This document shows positions 15,082 to 19,380 of a DNA stretch of 19,380 nt, in pieces (the first letter of the stretch is position 1; each line of letters starts with the position of its first letter). Made by a program: the position numbers and the translations under genes. Origin of the DNA: Candidatus Thorarchaeota archaeon (GTDB lineage Archaea > Asgardarchaeota > Thorarchaeia > Thorarchaeales > Thorarchaeaceae); the NCBI GenBank assembly GCA_048882325.1, contig JBHLRS010000050.1:1-19380 (forward strand), read 5' to 3'. The notes beneath the pieces were generated by a model. The model was not told the origin of the DNA. It worked only from the letters and a program-made list of their open reading frames with translations, and did not search any database.

Positions 15082-16185
15082 ATGTATGACAAACTCAGGT
15101 TGGTTCAATTGAAAGCTCCCTGTTATCAATGTGGGGAAACTGCAGTCATTGATGGTCTTTGTGCCAACTGCTACAACAAGGAACATCCTTTAATCACAGT
15201 CAAAACTCCACTATCACTACTCAGCTGTAAAAGATGCGGGTCAGTGAAGATACCAGGTGGCTGGAAGAAATTATCCTTTGATGCTGCAGATTCATATGAT
15301 CTTTGGCCTCATCAGTTAGACATTCTCCTGGACACAGAAGTCAAACCTCTCGCTCGTGGAATCGAACTTGAAATTCAAGAGGAGAAAAGACTAGACCGCG
15401 TTCTTCATGTTGTGCTAAGAGCTATCGGGAAATCTCATGAGGCTCTCCCCCCTCATGAGGAAGAATATTCCATTGAGGTCAGATTCTCATATGGAACCTG
15501 CGACACCTGCGGAATGCAAAGTGGAGGTTACTATGAAGCAACACTTCAGATTCGTGCCGATGGTCGACAACTGACAGATGAAGAAGAGGACGACATAGTC
15601 CAAATTGTGACTGAGATGACAATTGCTCAGTATGGCTCTGATGACAAGGCCTTTGTAACAAAGGTCAGCAGTGATAAATTCGGTATGGATTTTCAAATAG
15701 GCTCTGAGCACCTGTGTCGCTCCATCGCTGATGTTCTTGAGTCCAAGTATCTGGCTCAACGAAAACAGAACTACAAGCTTGTAGGCCAGGACAAGGGTGG
15801 TAAGGACAAGTTTCGCACAACAATTTTGATCCGACTCCAAAGGTTTGGAATAGGTGACTTTGTGAGGGTGCTTGAGAATCCTTGCCAGGTCTTAGCAATG
15901 AGTAAGGGTGGTCTCACCTGCTTTGATTTGGTACAAAGACAGCGATTCACGATGAATCCCAAGAGCTCCAAGTGGCGCTCCCTTGAGTATCTGACCTCCA
16001 AAGATGACAGACGGGAGTTTATGGTCACAACAAGGGTGTACGGTCAACCTGTCCAGTTGATGGACTCTGAAACCTACGAAATACGGGAAATCGATGAAGA
16101 TCTTCTTGACGAGAGTATTGAAGCTGGGTCTTCTGTCTACGGTTTACTAGTCGATGAGGAATTCTTCTTACTCCCTACCGAATAG
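15082..16185 (+). CDS. nmd3: Nmd3-family large-subunit ribosome biogenesis protein
   Basis: CYQCG...GLCANC, CKRCG....GGW, CDTC...SGGYYEATLQIR, KLVGQD..GKDKFRTTILIR, C-terminal VQLMDSETYE. True start may be TTG 15109. Confidence 0.93.
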   Translation: MYDKLRLVQLKAPCYQCGETAVIDGLCANCYNKEHPLITVKTPLSLLSCKRCGSVKIPGGWKKLSFDAADSYDLWPHQLDILLDTEVKPLARGIELEIQEEKRLDRVLHVVLRAIGKSHEALPPHEEEYSIEVRFSYGTCDTCGMQSGGYYEATLQIRADGRQLTDEEEDDIVQIVTEMTIAQYGSDDKAFVTKVSSDKFGMDFQIGSEHLCRSIADVLESKYLAQRKQNYKLVGQDKGGKDKFRTTILIRLQRFGIGDFVRVLENPCQVLAMSKGGLTCFDLVQRQRFTMNPKSSKWRSLEYLTSKDDRREFMVTTRVYGQPVQLMDSETYEIREIDEDLLDESIEAGSSVYGLLVDEEFFLLPTE

Positions 16186-16278
16186 AATCAGGTTTCGGTA
16201 CGCTTAAATGGCCTCTCCAAGACTCCTGCAATAGTCGCTATAGGACAGTGTAGTCCAGCGATTGAACGGAGGAATATT

Positions 16279-16614
16279 TTGTCCCGTAAGAAAGGCGGCA
16301 GAAGACCGCAACAAGGTGATAGTCCAGACGAGCCTCTTAGAGTGAGGACCCCTAGACGTGATGATGGAGAGATGTTTGGAATCATTATCCAGATGCTGGG
16401 GTTTGACAGAGTCCGAGTCAGATGTGAGGATCAAAACATCCGTATAGGTCGGATTCCTGGTAGGATGAAGAAGAGAGTCTGGATGAGAATAGGTGATACT
16501 GTACTTATCACACCCTGGGATTTCCAGAGTGATGAGAAGTGTGATGTAGTCTATAGATATCGAGGCAACGAGATAGACTGGCTCCAGAAAAAGGGCATCC
16601 TCAAGATGTTCTAA
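16279..16614 (+). CDS. eif1a: Translation initiation factor aIF1A
   Basis: GEMFGIIIQMLG..RVRVRCED, RIGRIPGRMKKRVWMRIGD, PWDFQSDEKCDVVYRY; TTG start with GGAGG SD. Confidence 0.97.
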   Translation: MSRKKGGRRPQQGDSPDEPLRVRTPRRDDGEMFGIIIQMLGFDRVRVRCEDQNIRIGRIPGRMKKRVWMRIGDTVLITPWDFQSDEKCDVVYRYRGNEIDWLQKKGILKMF

Positions 16615-16673
16615 TAGGAAGTCAATCCTTTTTTGAGGACAGTTTCCTACTTCACATGACTTCATGTGAGTAG
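16615..16673. promoter_or_regulatory. Two overlapping inverted repeats between aIF1A and rio1
   Basis: TAGGAA (16615-20) / TTCCTA (16644-49) enclosing TCCT-TTTTTG-AGGA; TCACATGA-CT-TCATGTGA (16652-16669) extended by CTAC/GTAG. Confidence 0.5.
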
Positions 16674-16694
16674 CATTCAGGAAGGCAAACGACA

Positions 16695-17483
16695 TTGAAG
16701 AGAGCTGATGAGCAACACGAGAAGATCATCTCGGAACTCGACCGCCGTAAACTGAAACGACGGAAAGATGATGACGAGTTCAAAGTAGTGGAGGGTGTAA
16801 TTGATGCACCAACCCTCAAGACACTCTACAAGCTCCTGAATAGGGGAACCATACAGGCACTTCATGGCGCCATCAGCACAGGGAAAGAAGCCAATGTTTA
16901 CAGAGGAGAGGATGCCAATGGTAAACCTGTCGCTGTGAAGATATACCGCGTTTCTACTGCTGAAACTGATTTCATGCTTGAGTATATTGTGGGAGACCCA
17001 CGATTCAAGAAGATCAAGCGCCGAAGTCGTTCGCTTATTCCTCAATGGGCAACAAAGGAATACAAGAACCTCAAGAGATACCATGATGCAGGTATTCGCG
17101 TTCCAAAACCTATTGATATCGAGCGCAACGTATTGGTAATGGAGTTCATTGGTGATGTTAAACGCAATCTACCTGCACCTCTAATGAAGAACGTTGAGAT
17201 TCCCTCTCCGGTGAAGACATTCAATGAGATTATTCGGATGATAGAAAATGGTTATACAAACGCTGGTCTGGTGCATGCTGATCTCTCCGAGTACAACATC
17301 CTATGGCTGAAGAAACCAATTTTCATTGATGTGTCACAGGCTGTTCTGATAGGTCATGATTATGCGAAAAAGTATCTATTCCGTGACATTCAAAACATAA
17401 CCAACTACTTCACGAGATTGGGTGTCGACACAGAAGACCCAGAGATCATTGCCAGACATATAGTTTCAGTTGGTGATACATGA
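16695..17483 (+). CDS. rio1: RIO1 atypical Ser/Thr kinase/ATPase
   Basis: ISTGKEANVY, AVKIYR, YIVGDPRF, W..KEYKNL, LVMEFIG, VHADLSEYNIL, IDVSQAV; TTG start. Confidence 0.96.
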   Translation: MKRADEQHEKIISELDRRKLKRRKDDDEFKVVEGVIDAPTLKTLYKLLNRGTIQALHGAISTGKEANVYRGEDANGKPVAVKIYRVSTAETDFMLEYIVGDPRFKKIKRRSRSLIPQWATKEYKNLKRYHDAGIRVPKPIDIERNVLVMEFIGDVKRNLPAPLMKNVEIPSPVKTFNEIIRMIENGYTNAGLVHADLSEYNILWLKKPIFIDVSQAVLIGHDYAKKYLFRDIQNITNYFTRLGVDTEDPEIIARHIVSVGDT

Positions 17484-18050
17484 ATGCTCTATCATGAAAC
17501 AATCAAGGTGCCCGAGGACCGAGTGGGTGTCATTGTTGGACGGAATGGTAGGGTACGACGTCGTGTTGAACAACTAGCCAATGTTAAGATAGAAGTGAAC
17601 TCTGAGGGAGTTGTGACCATAACTGCGCCTGAGAAAACAGAGGACCCAGTTCTAGCATGGAAGGCTCGCGATATCATTCGGGCAATGGCAAGGGGGTTCA
17701 GTCCCAAAAACGCACTCACTCTGATTGATGATGATATGCAACTCATTGTCATATCACTTCGTGATGTTGTGGGGTCTTCACAGAGTCAGATGAAACGTGT
17801 CGCGGGACGTATCATCGGAGAGAATGGACGTACTAGACGTGTAATTGAACAGACCACGGAAACAAAGATCTCAATCTATGGTAAGACGGTGTCTATTATT
17901 GGGATGAGTCCAGGTCTTGACTATGCTAGACGCGCCATCGACATGCTTGTGGCTGGAGCTCCTCATAGTGCAGTCTACTCTCGCTTGGAGAAGATGCGTA
18001 GAGACATGAACCGCCAGCGGGCTGAACTCTGGGAAGATACTGACCTATGA
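17484..18050 (+). CDS. KH-domain pre-rRNA processing protein (Dim2/Pno1-like)
   Basis: RVGVIVGRNG, KARDIIRAMARGFSP, GRIIGENGRTRRVIE, GAPHSAVY; directly abuts the rio1 stop (TGAATG). Confidence 0.93.
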   Translation: MLYHETIKVPEDRVGVIVGRNGRVRRRVEQLANVKIEVNSEGVVTITAPEKTEDPVLAWKARDIIRAMARGFSPKNALTLIDDDMQLIVISLRDVVGSSQSQMKRVAGRIIGENGRTRRVIEQTTETKISIYGKTVSIIGMSPGLDYARRAIDMLVAGAPHSAVYSRLEKMRRDMNRQRAELWEDTDL

Positions 18051-18103
18051 TGCCTGTAATACCCTGTCTAATATGACTAACCACTCCTTAATTCTTGAGT
18101 AGC

Positions 18104-19380
18104 ATGAGTCATCAAAATACAATAGATGCTAGTTTCGCAAGTATCTCACCAGCAGAGTTCTTCTATAGGAATCGACAGATGGCTGGTTTTGGCAATCCTA
18201 CTCAGGCTGTCTATTCTACTGTGCGTGAGTTAGTTGAAAATAGTCTTGACTCATGTGATGATGCACAGACCTATCCATCTATAGACGTTGTGATACAAAA
18301 TGTCCAGTCTGATCTGATTACCATAAAGGTTTCAGATAATGGAACAGGAGTTCCCACAGACCAAGTACCCGAAGCATTTGGTCGTGTGCTCTATGGAAGC
18401 AAGTACTCTCAACAGCAGAAACGGGGAACTTTCGGTCTCGGAGTCACTATGGCTATCCTGTATGGCCAAATCACCACAGACTCTCCGGTAGTCATTCATA
18501 CTAGAACACAAGACAACAAGGGGTTCATCTATCGATTATTAGTAGACGTCGAGAACAATAGCCCAGTTATAGAATGCAAAGAGCCCCTTAATCGCTCACA
18601 AATAGGTACAACAGTCATCGTCCAACTAAAGGGTGATCTAAACAGAGCACAAGAAAGAATCATAGAGTATCTACGCCTCTCCACCATCTCTACGCCTCAT
18701 TCAACAATCACTCTGAGTATTGATGACGAAATGCATTTGAATCTGGGAGGTTGGTCTAGAAACATTCCAGCTCCAATCAGACCATCCAAACCACATCCGA
18801 GATCAGTGGATATGGAGGTCCTTCGAAGACTCATAACAAGACATGGTGAAGCGACTCTCAATGAATTTCTCCGCAAGTCCTTTCAGAAGATTGGGGTTAG
18901 AACCTCGGGACGTTTTCTAAAGTTCATGAACTTGAATCCAGACAGAATCGTTTCAGACTTGAGTAGAGATGAACTCGTCAGACTTGCTCAGGCATTGAGA
19001 AAGTATGATGGTTTCGAGAGTCCAGATAGCAAGTGTCTAAGTCCTATTGGAAAGGTTGAATTTCTAAGTGCTGTAAAATCGGTCTTCAATGTTAGGTTTG
19101 CTGAATATTCTAAACGTGGAGTCAGTGAATGGCAGGGTAATCCCTTTGTGATCGAGTCCATTATTGCAACTGGGGACGATTTTCCGCGTTCTGATGTACC
19201 CACACTCTACAGATTTGTGAACCGCGTTCCTCTTCTGTATGACGCAAATGAGGATATCTTGACAAGAGTCCTGAAGAGAGTGAATTGGTCCCGATATGGT
19301 ATTAGCACGTCGGAGCCAGTGACTATGTTCATTCATCTCTGTTCAACCAAGATACCATTCAAAGCCGCTGGAAAACAATC
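18104..19380 (+). CDS. top6B: DNA topoisomerase VI subunit B (truncated by window end; absent from ORF track because no stop is reached)
   Basis: Manual translation is open to the end: SISPAEFFYRNRQMAGF, RELVENSLDS, VSDNGTGV, GSKY...RGTFGLG, KPHP, RFVNRVPLLYD, STKIPFKAAGK. Confidence 0.96.
   Translation, partial: MSHQNTIDASFASISPAEFFYRNRQMAGFGNPTQAVYSTVRELVENSLDSCDDAQTYPSIDVVIQNVQSDLITIKVSDNGTGVPTDQVPEAFGRVLYGSKYSQQQKRGTFGLGVTMAILYGQITTDSPVVIHTRTQDNKGFIYRLLVDVENNSPVIECKEPLNRSQIGTTVIVQLKGDLNRAQERIIEYLRLSTISTPHSTITLSIDDEMHLNLGGWSRNIPAPIRPSKPHPRSVDMEVLRRLITRHGEATLNEFLRKSFQKIGVRTSGRFLKFMNLNPDRIVSDLSRDELVRLAQALRKYDGFESPDSKCLSPIGKVEFLSAVKSVFNVRFAEYSKRGVSEWQGNPFVIESIIATGDDFPRSDVPTLYRFVNRVPLLYDANEDILTRVLKRVNWSRYGISTSEPVTMFIHLCSTKIPFKAAGKQ

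Noticed and set aside
16279-19380. aIF1A-rio1-KH-top6B gene order as a novel system
   Set aside because: This is a widely conserved, already known archaeal neighbourhood.

Overview
Archaeal chromosomal window. An Asgard/Thorarchaeia-like origin is my inference from overall gene style and is not proven. The left ~2.1 kb looks accessory: the 3' end of a hypothetical gene, then a matrix-metalloprotease (M10A)-like zymogen with a cysteine switch and a CFI-box-CTERM-like tail. Next is a plus-strand run: PRC-barrel protein, deoC with an unusual CxxC...CxxC extension, tungsten aldehyde:ferredoxin oxidoreductase, a PUA/PAPS-reductase-like Fe-S protein that seems to start at CTG, and a GT-C-like membrane protein. 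A minus-strand block follows: Zn-finger protein, EF-1beta, cdc48, small winged-helix protein, ribL. The right half is an information-processing cluster: fen1, RPA32-like protein, aIF2beta, DUF424, nmd3, aIF1A, rio1, KH/Dim2 and top6B (truncated by the window edge). The most notable observations are the deoC(+metal finger)-aor unit, the signal-less MMP-like protease, an unannotated 16-aa Cys/Gly micro-ORF with a strong SD, the CTG start, and several palindromes/hairpins in intergenic spacers. I found no tRNA, rRNA, CRISPR array or transposase.
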